64,000 nucleotides of DNA from an uncultured Planctomycetota bacterium (GCA_963849325.1 CAWKHF010000010.1:224001-288000); one strand, 5' to 3'. Counted from the stretch's first letter, positions 9,165-19,465 are shown. A program made the numbers and translations. Notes: generated by a model not told the origin, from the sequence alone.

Positions 9165-10529
9165 CTACTCGACGCCCTCCTTCGAGGGCGTTACCTCCTG
9201 ATCCGGATGACCAGAAACCGCGGGCGAAGTCGCCGCGGACGGCAGCGTGACAGGACGCAGCGCCTTGTCGGCGATGTCGCGGCGGTAGAAGGCGCCGTGG
9301 AACTGGATACAGGCGACGGCTTCATAAGCGCGGCGCTTGGCGTCGGCGAGCGTATCGCCCAGGGCCGTGACGCCGAGGACGCGGCCGCCATCGGTCAGCA
9401 CGCGGTCGCCGTCGCGCTTCGTCCCGGCATGAAACACCTTGACGTCCGGCAGTTTCGCGGCCTCGGCCAACCCCTTGATGGCCAGCCCCTTCTCGTAGTT
9501 GCCGGGATAGCCGCCGCTGGCCATGACGACGCACACGGCCGGACGCGGGTCCCATTCCAGCCGGTCCTCGAACGTGTCCAGCCGTTCGTCCACGACCGCC
9601 TCGATCAGATCGAGCAAGTCGGTGCGCAGACGCATCAGCAAAGGCTGCGTTTCCGGATCGCCAAAGCGGCAATTGAACTCCAGCACGCGCGGCCCCTGGT
9701 TGGTCGTCATCATGCCCGCATAGAGGACGCCGCGGAACGGCTTGCGGCCGCGCTTCATGGCATGGACGGTCGGCACCAGCACCTCGCGGTCGATCGTCTC
9801 CAGCAGTTCGGACGTGCCCAGCGGTGCCGGGCAATACGCTCCCATGCCGCCGGTGTTCGGGCCGGCGTCGTTGTCGAAGGTGGCCTTGTGGTCCTGCGTC
9901 GGCGCCAGCGGTACGATGGTTCGTCCCGACACCAGGGCCAGGATGCTCAACTCCTCGCCCTCCAATCGTTTCTCGACGACTACCTGCCGACCGGCGGCGC
10001 GGCCGAACTCCTCGCGCACCATGACGCGCTCGATGGCGGCCAAGGCCTCCTCGGTGGTCGAACAGACGAGGACGCCCTTGCCGGCGGCGAGTCCGTCGGC
10101 CTTGACCACGAGCGGATAATCGCGCGTCTCGATGTAGCGGCGAGCGTACTCGGGATGGTCGAAGATGCGAAACTCGGCCGTCGGCACGTCGGCGTGACGC
10201 ATGACGCCCTTGGCGAACACCTTGCTGGATTCGAGCTGCGCCGCCTGGCGCGTCGGGCCGAAGATGCGTAATCCCATCTTCTGGAAATGATCGACGATGC
10301 CGCGCGCCAGCGGCTCCTCCGGTCCCACCACGGTCAGGGCGATCTTTTCCTTGCGGACGAAGGAGACGAGCTTATCGAACTCCGTGACGTTGATGGGAAC
10401 ATTCACCCCGTCCTCGGCGGTGCCGGCGTTGCCCGGCGCACAGTAGACCCTCTCGGCCCGAGGCGACTGGGCGAGTTTCCACACCAAGGCGTGCTCGCGG
10501 CCGCCCTTGCCAATGACGAGTACCTTCAT
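9165..10529 (-). CDS. purD: Phosphoribosylamine--glycine ligase
   Basis: MKVLVIGKGGREHAL, APGNAG, VVKADGLAAGKGV, QDHK...GPNTGGMGAY, LEFNCRFGDPETQ. Confidence 0.98.
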   Translation of the reverse strand: MKVLVIGKGGREHALVWKLAQSPRAERVYCAPGNAGTAEDGVNVPINVTEFDKLVSFVRKEKIALTVVGPEEPLARGIVDHFQKMGLRIFGPTRQAAQLESSKVFAKGVMRHADVPTAEFRIFDHPEYARRYIETRDYPLVVKADGLAAGKGVLVCSTTEEALAAIERVMVREEFGRAAGRQVVVEKRLEGEELSILALVSGRTIVPLAPTQDHKATFDNDAGPNTGGMGAYCPAPLGTSELLETIDREVLVPTVHAMKRGRKPFRGVLYAGMMTTNQGPRVLEFNCRFGDPETQPLLMRLRTDLLDLIEAVVDERLDTFEDRLEWDPRPAVCVVMASGGYPGNYEKGLAIKGLAEAAKLPDVKVFHAGTKRDGDRVLTDGGRVLGVTALGDTLADAKRRAYEAVACIQFHGAFYRRDIADKALRPVTLPSAATSPAVSGHPDQEVTPSKEGVE

Positions 10530-10548
10530 GCTCTCCCAACTCAAAACA

Positions 10549-10696
10549 CACCACGGAAAACACGGAAGACACGGAAAAAGACAAAGAAGGAACTCCAGCA
10601 GTTAAGAATAGAGCAGACGCGGTAGAAGTCAGCGTCTCTTCGTAGCTGGTTTTCTTTCTTTTGTCTTTTTCCGTGTCTTCCGTGTTTTCCGTGGTG
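10549..10696. repeat. Perfect 37-bp inverted repeat built of 9-mer units (CACGGAARA), ~74-bp spacer
   Basis: CACCACGGAAAACACGGAAGACACGGAAAAAGACAAA (10549-10585) and its exact reverse complement (10660-10696). Confidence 0.9.
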
Positions 10697-10712
10697 AAGT
10701 TCTTCTTCGGTC

Positions 10713-12485
10713 TTATGTGGCCGCGACGACCTGGGGCAGAAGGGCGCGGGCGTGGTCGGGGCCGAGGCGATGGCAGTAATCGCCGAAACTCTCGCCCGGC
10801 CGGCGCTCTTCCCGATAATGCCGCAATAACGGCTCCAGCATCGCCACGATCTCGCCGCGCGGCACCAGGTCCTTGAGCGGATAGTTCATGCGGTCGCCGT
10901 GGACGTGACCGCCGACATAGAGGACGTACTTGTCGCCGCTGCGGCCAACAATGCCGATGTCGCTCTGGTAGGGACGCACGCAACCATTGGGGCACCCGGT
11001 CATGCGGACGCCGAGCGTTTCGCGCTCCAGGCCAAGCCGTTGGAGCAGTCCTTCCAACTCGTCGAGGATGCCGGGCAGTGCCCGCTCTGCCTCGGAGATG
11101 GCCAGACCACACGTCGGAATGGCCGGGCACGACATGCTGTAGCGACGCAGGTTCGACACCTGGCCGGGCCGGACGATGCCATACTCGTCGAGCATGCCCT
11201 CCAGAATCGGCAGCGCGGTACCGTCGAGATTGCAGATCAGCACGTCCTGCATGCCGGTCAGGCGCAGCTCCGGCTGGAAACGTTCGACGATGGCTCGCAG
11301 TCCCGAGCGGAGACGGAGGGAACCTTCGTCCTTGACGCGGCCATTCTCGACACTCAGGCCGTAGAACCATTTACCGTCGCCCTGCGGGTGCCAGCCAAGG
11401 TGCAGGTGATAGCCGCTGATGACGACCGGCCGCGGCTGCTCCGGCATGCCGCCGAGATAGCCGGCCAGCACGTCGCGGAACTTGTCAACGCCCCAATCGT
11501 GGACGACGTACTTGATGCGCGCCCGCTTGCGGTCGGCCCGGTTGCCGTGGTCGCGGAACAACTTCACGACTGCCTCGACCGACTCGACAATGCCGTCGGC
11601 GGGCACATAGCAGATCGGCCGGGCCAGCATGGGAAACGTGTTGGCGTTGCCGTGCGTCATGCCCATGCTGCCGCCGACGAGCAGGTTGTAACCGACGATG
11701 CGGTGATTCTCGACGATGGCCAGCAAACCGAGATCCTGGCCGTAAACGTCGATGCAGTTGTCTTCCGGCAGGGCGAGGCCGGTCTTGAACTTGCGCGGCA
11801 GGTAGACCTTTTCGTAAATCGGCTCCTCGCCGGGCGGCGGCTCGTTCCTGCCCTGGTGCTGGCTGAGGTGCGTCACGGGTTGGCCGTTGAGCCAGATTTC
11901 GTGATAGGCGCCGCTGCGCGGCGCCAGGTGCAGGGCCAGCTTGCGGGCCGTCGCCTGCATCTCGGCGCGGACGCTGTCGTGATGCAGCGGGGCGGGGCAA
12001 CACATGACGTTTCGCTCCACGTCGCCGCAAGCGCCGAGGGTGGTGAGCAGGCAAGCGTTGATGCCGGCAATGGTGTCCTTCAAGTGCGACTTGAGTACGC
12101 CATGGAACTGGACGCCCTGCCGGCTGGTGAAGCGCAGCGTGCGATTGCCGTAGGCGTCGGCGAGACGATCCAGCGCCAGGTATTGCTCCGCCGTCACCCG
12201 GCCGCCGGGAATCTTGCAACGCACCATGAACATGTAGTGCTTGCCCAGACCTTCGCCGCGCCGGGACTTCCGCGCGTCGCGGTCTTCCTGCTGATAGGTG
12301 CCGTGGAACTTCAGCAGTTGCTTGTCCTGCTCGCCGAAATGATCGCTGTCCTTGTGGATTTCCTCGCTGATCGAGCCGCGCAGGGCGCGACTGCTCTCCT
12401 TGATCCCTTCTACCGCCGATCGTGCCGGCTTCTTGGCGGCAGCATCGGCGTGCCCATTCGCGGCGGGATGCGCTTCGACAGACAT
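10713..12485 (-). CDS. cysI: Assimilatory sulfite reductase hemoprotein subunit (CysI/Sir family)
   Basis: KFHGTYQQEDRD, ACGDVERNV, YLPRKFKTG and siroheme/4Fe-4S motifs CPAIPTC and TGCPNGC. Confidence 0.9.
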   Translation of the reverse strand: MSVEAHPAANGHADAAAKKPARSAVEGIKESSRALRGSISEEIHKDSDHFGEQDKQLLKFHGTYQQEDRDARKSRRGEGLGKHYMFMVRCKIPGGRVTAEQYLALDRLADAYGNRTLRFTSRQGVQFHGVLKSHLKDTIAGINACLLTTLGACGDVERNVMCCPAPLHHDSVRAEMQATARKLALHLAPRSGAYHEIWLNGQPVTHLSQHQGRNEPPPGEEPIYEKVYLPRKFKTGLALPEDNCIDVYGQDLGLLAIVENHRIVGYNLLVGGSMGMTHGNANTFPMLARPICYVPADGIVESVEAVVKLFRDHGNRADRKRARIKYVVHDWGVDKFRDVLAGYLGGMPEQPRPVVISGYHLHLGWHPQGDGKWFYGLSVENGRVKDEGSLRLRSGLRAIVERFQPELRLTGMQDVLICNLDGTALPILEGMLDEYGIVRPGQVSNLRRYSMSCPAIPTCGLAISEAERALPGILDELEGLLQRLGLERETLGVRMTGCPNGCVRPYQSDIGIVGRSGDKYVLYVGGHVHGDRMNYPLKDLVPRGEIVAMLEPLLRHYREERRPGESFGDYCHRLGPDHARALLPQVVAAT

Positions 12486-12751
12486 GCGTGGTCCCTGTGT
12501 CGAAACCCCTCCTCCAGCCTTCCGCGGCGCTGGATGGAAACGGGTTCAGTCTCCTGTCTCCGGGATAAATCTTCACTAAACCGATCAAATTACATATACT
12601 GAATACCCCAACCTTTGACAATCCCTGTCGCTCCTCTTTCTCAAGTCGGCTGCCGCATCCATCCGAGTGTAGAAGAAGGACGGATCGTCCTGTCCGGCGC
12701 ATCTCCTGCGTCGATTGTCCTCCGCTGTGCATCAAGTAGGAGGTAAACACG

Positions 12752-13297
12752 GTGGTTCCGACTGCCGCGCCCGCTGGTTCGCCTGAGCGAAGTCTGTCCC
12801 TGAGTAACCTGGGCTTCCTGACGGTCCTCCACGAGGCGAGCGGTTATCTGGGGGGCTATCTGGTGACGAACGTGTGGGGACGGCCGCTGGAGTTCCGTCT
12901 CAGCAGCGCCGTGCAGCCCAACCGCGTGCAGCAAATCCTTTACGCCGGCACCCTGGAGGCGTATGTCTGTGCCGAGTTGATCGGCAAGACGCTGGTAGAC
13001 AAGGCCGCTGTGCCGGTGCAACTGCTGATCACCGATTGCGCGTCCGTGCTCGATCTGCGCCGCAAGGTGGAGTGTCCGGTCCTGTGGCTGGCATCGGCCG
13101 CGGACGGGCGCGGCATCGAAGTGAGTCCAGCGGAAGGAGGGCATGGTCCCCTCCTGTGCCATTCGCACTTCCCCGACGATGAGACCCTGGCGCGAGAACT
13201 GTTGACGCGCCTGGATCGCGCCTTCGACCTCGCTGAGCCATTCGTCCGCATCCGCGAGGCCATCGGCGAAGCGCGCAAGATGGGCGTTCACAAGTGA
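12752..13297 (+). CDS. Conserved hypothetical protein
   Basis: Good coding pattern; GGYLVTN.WGRPLEF...VQPNRVQQILY and DLAEPF.RIREAI; GGAGG upstream. Confidence 0.75.
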   Translation: MVPTAAPAGSPERSLSLSNLGFLTVLHEASGYLGGYLVTNVWGRPLEFRLSSAVQPNRVQQILYAGTLEAYVCAELIGKTLVDKAAVPVQLLITDCASVLDLRRKVECPVLWLASAADGRGIEVSPAEGGHGPLLCHSHFPDDETLARELLTRLDRAFDLAEPFVRIREAIGEARKMGVHK

Positions 13298-13303
13298 CGA
13301 CGA

Positions 13304-13924
13304 TCAGCGGCCGGTTTCTCGGGCAAGGATCTGCTCCAACGTCTCGATCTCATCCGGCCGCGGTCCTTGCCACAGCCATTCCGGCCGCAGCCAGAAGCCG
13401 GTCATGACCTTGCTGTTCAACTCGCCCTTACGGGGGCGAACCTCGTGATACTTGCCTTCCTTCAAGCGAAGGAGGGTGACGGACTGGTCCATCTCGTCGA
13501 TGATCCAATATTCCGGGATACCGTACTGCTCGTACAGCTCGCGCTTGAGGTAGTAATCGCGCTCGACGCTGTCGGGAGAAACCATCTCCACGGCGAGGTC
13601 GGCCGGCCCCTCAATACCGCCACGTTTGACGCGGGGCAGGTGTTCGGTGCGAACGAAGGTGATATCCGGTTCCGGCCCATGTTTGTCGGCCAATCGCAGA
13701 GCCACGCGCGAGACGTACATTTGTCCCAGCTTCTTCCGCCGAACATACAAGTTCATGAGGGTGAACAGCCAGCCAATCAACTCGTTTGCATCGGTGTTTT
13801 CCGGCGAAGCCATGTAGATCACTCCGTTGATGAGGTCCGCCTTCTGGTCCTCGCGGACCAGCGCGCAGAAGTCCTCGAACGTGTGTGGACCTACACGTTG
13901 CTCTAACCGGAGACGCGATGGCAT
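13304..13924 (-). CDS. Uma2 family (PD-(D/E)xK) endonuclease
   Basis: KADLINGVI, PEPDI.FV, GPADLAVEMVSPDS..RD...K..LYE.YGIPEYWIID. Confidence 0.92.
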   Translation of the reverse strand: MPSRLRLEQRVGPHTFEDFCALVREDQKADLINGVIYMASPENTDANELIGWLFTLMNLYVRRKKLGQMYVSRVALRLADKHGPEPDITFVRTEHLPRVKRGGIEGPADLAVEMVSPDSVERDYYLKRELYEQYGIPEYWIIDEMDQSVTLLRLKEGKYHEVRPRKGELNSKVMTGFWLRPEWLWQGPRPDEIETLEQILARETGR

Positions 13925-13937
13925 GGAATCATCCTCC

Positions 13938-14923
13938 TCACGGCGCAGCGCTGCCGTCGATGGTGACGGTCACGGGAGCTTCTTGCAAGTCGGTCTTGAT
14001 CTTCACTTCATACTTGAAGTCGCCGGGCTTGGTGAGCTGGCATTTGAAGGTGACGACCTGCACCGGCGCGGCCGTGTCGGCGGGAAGAGGCTCGACCTTG
14101 ATGCCTTCGCCGAGTCCGTCGATCCGGAGTACGCGGAACGGCTTGTTGCCGCGAACGACCACCCGGCGGGCCAGTGTTTCGCCGACCTTGACGCTGCCGA
14201 GGCTGACCGTCGCCGGCGCCACCGTGATGTTCGACTGCACGGTCGCCTCGACGAGTACCGGCAAGAGCGGGCTGGTCGGGTCGTTGGTGCGGAGGAAGAC
14301 GTTGCCTTTGAGGGTGCCTTCGGGGGCGTCCGCCTTCAGCGTCACCTTGACGCGATAGCCGACCTGGCCGGGCCGGCGATACAACTCGCCCAGCGCCACC
14401 TCGACGGGCAGATCCTTGGCCGACGCCTCCGTGACCTGCCAATCGAGCACGCCAGCGTATTCCACGTCGATGATCTGACTGACGGCCTGACCGCGCGTCA
14501 CGGTGCCGAAGCTGACCTGGCCGGGGTTGAAAACGATGTCGGCGCGGCTGTTGGCACTGACGCGGAGTTGGGCGCTGGAGATGTAGTCCGGCCCAACCAT
14601 GATGGTGATGCCGACCGTCTTGGCGCCGGTGAAGCGGCGGGCGTCCATGGTGACGTCGATGGTGGTCGCTTCGCGCGGTTCGAGAACGCGCTTGCCGGCG
14701 GTGGCGGTGACGCAGCCGCAGCCGCTCTTGACGCTGGTGATTTCCATGCGCACGGCGTAAATGTTGGTGACGACGAAGCGGTGGGCGAGCTGGCGCCGCG
14801 CGGCACGCTGCCGAAATCGTGACTGAGGCCGTCCTTGAACATTTTCTCCGCCCACGGCGATTGCGCCGACGCCGACGCCCCCCCCAGTGCCACCACGACC
14901 AACGCGACAAGAACGTGCCTCAT
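13938..14923 (-). CDS. DUF1573 (Ig-like) secreted protein, frameshift near 14800
   Basis: Signal peptide, WAEKMF...HDFGSVPRG, SGCGCVTA and repeated V.P..VSFG.V segments. Confidence 0.85.
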
Positions 14924-15155
14924 AATGTCTCTGCCCCTCCTGTGAAGGCGCGACGAATCGGCCCGAAACGATGCTCCGTGGGCTTGCGGTTGCGGGCCAT
15001 TCGATGGATGTGCGCGACTCGGGGAAAGCCCGCTGGGACGACGCCGTTGGATTCTAGCGTGACACGTCCGGACGGTGAAGTCGGATTCTCGTTGCCGCGG
15101 CCCACCCGGAGCATGTATGAAAAAGACGGGCTATTCAGGGGAAGGAGGTCGGGCG

Positions 15156-15614
15156 ATGGCTACGGACATGACGGCATTGACGCAAACGGCGCTGATCGAG
15201 CAACTGGAGAAGCTGCGCGACGAGGTGCGGAGCTTGGCCGAGCCGCTGAGCGAGGAGGCGTTCTGGGCGAAACCGCTTGAGCCGGGCAACTCGGTCGGCC
15301 ATCTGGTGCTGCACCTGACGGGGAACCTGAATTACTTCGTCGGCGCCCAGCTCGGCGGCAGCGGCTACGTCCGCGACCGCGAGCGCGAGTTCACCGAGGC
15401 GCAGGTGCCGGCCAAGGCGGAAGCGCTGCGACGGCTCGACGAGGCGGTGGCGACGTTCCGCCGCGTCGTATCCGGCCTCGGCGCCGAGCAGTTGGCCGCG
15501 GCGCATCCCGAGGCGCGGCTGGGTGTGGTGATGAACGCCCTGACGCATCTCGTGGCGCACTTCGCCCTGCATCGCGGGCAGATGTCGTACATTACGAGGC
15601 TACTTTCACGTTAA
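15156..15614 (+). CDS. DinB/DUF1572 family protein
   Basis: NSVGHLVLHLTGNL, YVRDREREF and HFALHRGQ His-triad pattern; GGAGG RBS. Confidence 0.85.
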   Translation: MATDMTALTQTALIEQLEKLRDEVRSLAEPLSEEAFWAKPLEPGNSVGHLVLHLTGNLNYFVGAQLGGSGYVRDREREFTEAQVPAKAEALRRLDEAVATFRRVVSGLGAEQLAAAHPEARLGVVMNALTHLVAHFALHRGQMSYITRLLSR

Positions 15615-15628
15615 GAGCCACGAACGCT

Positions 15629-15699
15629 TTGCCGACAAGCCCGGAGCGTCCGCGACGGGTTCTTGCAACCCGTCGCGGACGCTCCGGGCTTGTCGGCAA
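15629..15699. repeat. REP-like perfect 33-bp hairpin between convergent genes
   Basis: TTGCCGACAAGCCCGGAGCGTCCGCGACGGGTT-cttgc-AACCCGTCGCGGACGCTCCGGGCTTGTCGGCAA. Confidence 0.9.
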
Positions 15700-15780
15700 G
15701 AAGGTAGAAACGAGACGGGGAAGGCTCCATCACAGAGAGCCTCCCCCGCCCGCCTCACCACCACCGAGGTCGTGCGCCGA

Positions 15781-16764
15781 TCACGGGACGATCACGGCGT
15801 TGACATGGAAGTCGATCTTGTTGTCGTCGGCCAGGTCGGTCAGCACCCGCAAGGTCTTGTTCAGCTCGCCGGGTTGACCGGCCTTCAGCTTCACGGTCAA
15901 AACGTGGACCGCCTTGGCTTGCGGCGTGCTGTCGCGGACCAGGAGCTGGTCATCGGTGCCCTCGACCTTGGTGATCTTGAAGGGCGTCACGCCGCGGACG
16001 ATTACGCGGCGTTCGCTCTCCGCCCGCGACTTGACCGGGCCAAGCGTGATGACCTCCGGGCTGATGCTCAGGGCCGATTCGATTTCGACCGTCAGCGGTA
16101 CGCGGATGGGCGGCATACCGGGGTTGTTCGTCTTGAGCCAGACGTCGGTGTACCACTTGCCCACTGGCGCGTCGCCGCGCAGCCGAGCGCTCAGTTGGTA
16201 GGTGACTTCCGATTCCTGCCGCCGCACTTCCTGCACGCGGGGCTGGATGTAGTTGCTCTCGCACTTGACCTCGGTGACTTGCGTGTCGCTGTTGCCGTAG
16301 AAGGACAGCAGCACGGACACGGCCGGCATCCCGCCGCGTTTGAGCTGGCCGAACGCCAGGGTGTCGGGAGCGACGGCGAAATCGTTTCGGCCGTTGGCCT
16401 GGACCCACAGGCGGACCTCCTCGAAGGCGGGCTGATTGAACTGGACGTAGATCGTCACGGTCTTGAGGCCGGTGAAGCGCGTCGTGTCCATGCGGGCCAG
16501 GATGTGAGTGGACTCTCCCGGCTGGAGATATTCCTGCAGGGCGGTGGCGGTGACGCAGCCGCAGGAGACGCGGACGCTGGCGATGTGGACGGGCACCCGC
16601 GTATTGTTGACCACCCGAAACGGGTGCGACAGCGTCGGTCCTCGGGGGACCGAGCCGAAGTCTTTCGAGAACTCCTCAAACAGCGCGTCGGCCCACGTGG
16701 CCGACAGGGCAGGCCCCGTCGTACACAGGCCGACCAGGACAACCAGACTGTACCGCAACAACAT
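15781..16764 (-). CDS. DUF1573 (Ig-like) secreted protein, paralog of 13938-14923
   Basis: Signal peptide, WADALF..KDFGSVPRGP.L.HPF, VSCGCVTA, MDT.RFTG.KTV.I. Confidence 0.88.
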   Translation of the reverse strand: MLLRYSLVVLVGLCTTGPALSATWADALFEEFSKDFGSVPRGPTLSHPFRVVNNTRVPVHIASVRVSCGCVTATALQEYLQPGESTHILARMDTTRFTGLKTVTIYVQFNQPAFEEVRLWVQANGRNDFAVAPDTLAFGQLKRGGMPAVSVLLSFYGNSDTQVTEVKCESNYIQPRVQEVRRQESEVTYQLSARLRGDAPVGKWYTDVWLKTNNPGMPPIRVPLTVEIESALSISPEVITLGPVKSRAESERRVIVRGVTPFKITKVEGTDDQLLVRDSTPQAKAVHVLTVKLKAGQPGELNKTLRVLTDLADDNKIDFHVNAVIVP

Positions 16765-17101
16765 GGTGACCATTTCCTGCTGCTTCGACCCCCGAGGCTC
16801 GCCTGGTGCTACGCCCCGCGGAAGAAACGAGCCGCCCGGGGTCACTCAATCTATTCCCTCCGGACGCCTCGCTGTCAAAGGACACCGGCGGGAATTGGGT
16901 CGGAGGCGACGCCTCCAAACAGAACCGATCCGCGCTCTCCCTTCGACCGTTACAAAGCGAGGCTTGTCGATCTCCCGCGCACCGCCGCCGGCGGGCGGGT
17001 TCTGCATCGTTTCTCGCTCCCAGCGCCATTTTTCGCCCTCTCGGCGTGACGGTCTTGCCGAAGGGAGGAAACGGCTAAGATGCGAGGAGTCGAGTGTTCC
17101 T

Positions 17102-17861
17102 TCAACCCTGCGCTCGCGCCAGCACGGCGACAACGACGCGGCTCGCGCCGCCGTCCCGAAGGGCGGCGCGCCGCTTCGCCGGCCGTCGCCCCGGTGGTCA
17201 TCACATCATCGACGAGCAAGACGGATCGCCCCTTCAGAGGGGAACCGGGCCGGGCCTGAAAGGCCCCACGGACGTTCGCCTTTCGGCCGGCCGGAGTTTG
17301 CCGCGTCTGTTGCGGCGTGTTGCGGATGCGCCGCAGCCAGGACGTATGGCAGGGGATGCCCAAGCGCGTCGAAAGACCGTGGCCCAGTGCCGCGCTCTGG
17401 TTGTAGCCGCGCCGCCACCGACGCAGCCAGTGCAGCGGCACCGGGACGATCGCCTCGACGTGCAGCTCCTCGAACCGTGTCGCCGCATGTTCGGCCCAGG
17501 ATTCGCCGAGCAACTCCGCCAGCCCCTCCCCCCTCTGGTGTTTCAGGCGCGGAATGACTTCACGGAGCAACCCGTCGTATGGTCCCAGGCGCAAAACCTG
17601 CTCGAAGCGGAACGCTTCCTGCCGGCACGAGCCGCAACGCCCATCGACCACGGCGAAGGGACCGATGGTGCCGGCGCAGCGCGGGCAACAGGGATGAGGA
17701 TCGGTGAAGAGATTCTGGCGGCACTCGGCGCAGAAATGCGGCGGCTCCGCCGGCAGCATCCGGCCGCACAGCAGGCAACAGCCGGGATAGAGGAGATGTT
17801 GGGAGCCGGCCAGGAAGGTGCGGCCGGCGCGCTTCAGCCGTTCGAGCCAGGAGGTGGACAT
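17102..17861 (-). CDS. ComF family phosphoribosyltransferase (double Zn ribbon), frameshift near 3' end
   Basis: CLLC..CAEC..CPRC..CGSC, VPVPLHW.R...RGYNQS, LLVDDVMTTGAT; corrected tail ALRDGGASRVVVAVLARAQG*. Confidence 0.9.
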
Positions 17862-17868
17862 GGGCACG

Positions 17869-18405
17869 TCACTCGGACAGGTACTCGCGGAGCTGATCGA
17901 GCATCTCGGCGAGCCAGTACTGGATGGTCCGCAGCGATTTGCCGCTTTGCCGGGCCATCTCTTCCCGCCGCACGCCCTGGACCCAACCGTCCCAAACGCA
18001 GCGCCATTCCGGCGGAAAGCGGGCCACGGCCTGCTCGATGCGTTCGATGGTCTCGCGGTCTGGCGGCTGCGGCCGGACATCGGCCAGCTCGTCCAACGGC
18101 AGACGCTGGGGAGGATCGGGCAATCGACTCAGGTCGATGGCCCGCCGGGCCGCCACCACGGCCAACCACTTGCAAAACGGACAGCGTTCCTCCCATTTTT
18201 TCAGGTTGGTGAACACACGCAGGAAAATGGCCTGGCAAGCGTCCTCCCATTCCTCGCGGCGCCCCGGACCGAGCACGCGCTGTACGATGCCGCGGACCAG
18301 CGGCGTGAACTTGCGAGCCAGTTCGTCCCCCGCCGCTCGGTCGCCGGCCAGGAAGAGGTGGACCTTCTCGGCGCAGTTGTCCGGCGGACAGTCACACGGG
18401 AACAT
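17869..18405 (-). CDS. ECF-type RNA polymerase sigma factor
   Basis: AGDRAAGDEL..KFTPLV, EDACQAIFLRVF..L..W, F.KWL.VVA.RRAID, and a region 4 HTH EEMARQSGKSLRTIQYW. Confidence 0.85.
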   Translation of the reverse strand: MFPCDCPPDNCAEKVHLFLAGDRAAGDELARKFTPLVRGIVQRVLGPGRREEWEDACQAIFLRVFTNLKKWEERCPFCKWLAVVAARRAIDLSRLPDPPQRLPLDELADVRPQPPDRETIERIEQAVARFPPEWRCVWDGWVQGVRREEMARQSGKSLRTIQYWLAEMLDQLREYLSE

Positions 18406-19465
18406 CACCGGCCTCGTTGGGAAAGGAAAGGCCCACACCCGGCAGCGGCGCAGGCGCCTCGACCACTCGGTCGCGGCGGCGCAGCAGCACCACGGTGATG
18501 TCATCCTTCTGCGGCGCCTGCTCCAATGCCTGCCTCAGCAGATCGCGGACGCGCTCGAAAAGGCTGTCGTCGGTGGCGGACTGCCCGAGAAACTCGGCCA
18601 GGTCCTTCGAGACGTGTTCGTGCAGCTGGTCGAACAGACCATCGGTCGCCAGCAACAGCTCGTCGCCGTCCTCAAGGGTGTAGCGATGCTGATCGGCAGC
18701 GGAAGGGCGAGCCAGGCCCAACCAGGTGCCGCGGAGCTTCAACAGGATCGGACTCCCCTGCCGTCCGCGACGGAAGAGCAAGCGCGATCCGCCCGCCGGC
18801 GCCGCCACCACTTCGCCGTCAGGGTGAAGGCGAACGAGTGTGCCTTCGACGTAGACACCCTCGGGCAGACAGTCGGCCAGCAGGTCGTGCATGGCGGCCA
18901 GCAGTTCGGCGGGCGCGGACGGGGCCGACTCCCAGCAGGTTCGCCACACGCCCGGCAACGTGCTGGCCAAAAGGTAGGCGTAATAGCCATGCCCGGTGAT
19001 GTCCGCCACCAGTACCCACAGCGAACCATCGCCCGCTTCGTGTCCGCCGAACCAATCGCCGCCAAACCAGTAATCGCCGACCCGTTCGTAAGGCAGAGAG
19101 AAGGTTTCGCTGTGGAAGCTGCGCGAGGACGGCAAGGACGCCGGCGACAGACCCGATCCGGGCGCTGGCCGTAGGGCTGCGAGACCAGCTTGGCGAGGTG
19201 CAGCAGGACGGCGGCCCGGAACGCCGGCCAGCTCATGGATGCGAACGGCTCGACCGGTGCGCGTGCGCAGGTACGTCTCGGCCGCGTGCAGCGCGTGCCG
19301 GGTCAACGATACCTCGTTGTAGCTGAGGTTGTAGCGGAGGCGCAGGCCGTCCATGAGGCGAGCCACCGGGGCGCGCAGCATCTCCTGCAATTGCCTACGG
19401 GCGCCGTCGCCGCCCTGCTGCAATGCCTCGACCAATTCGCGTGAAGTGGGGTAACGCAGCGCCAT
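18392..19465 (-). CDS. SpoIIE/PP2C phosphatase with sigma-region-2-like N-terminal domain (local frameshifts ~19150-19260)
   Basis: GGDW, VADITGHG, GDELLLATDGL and DDIT PP2C motifs. Overlaps the start of the ECF sigma gene. Confidence 0.8.
   Translation of the reverse strand: MALRYPTSRELVEALQQGGDGARRQLQEMLRAPVARLMDGLRLRYNLSYNEVSLTRHALHAAETYLRTRTGRAVRIHELAGVPGRRPAAPRQAGLAALRPAPGSGLSPASLPSSRSFHSETFSLPYERVGDYWFGGDWFGGHEAGDGSLWVLVADITGHGYYAYLLASTLPGVWRTCWESAPSAPAELLAAMHDLLADCLPEGVYVEGTLVRLHPDGEVVAAPAGGSRLLFRRGRQGSPILLKLRGTWLGLARPSAADQHRYTLEDGDELLLATDGLFDQLHEHVSKDLAEFLGQSATDDSLFERVRDLLRQALEQAPQKDDITVVLLRRRDRVVEAPAPLPGVGLSFPNEAGDVPV

Noticed and set aside
12560-12625. Rrf2/CymR-like operator or riboswitch upstream of the sulfite reductase
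   Set aside because: The AT-rich tract is suggestive, but I see no convincing dyad or SAM-riboswitch core.
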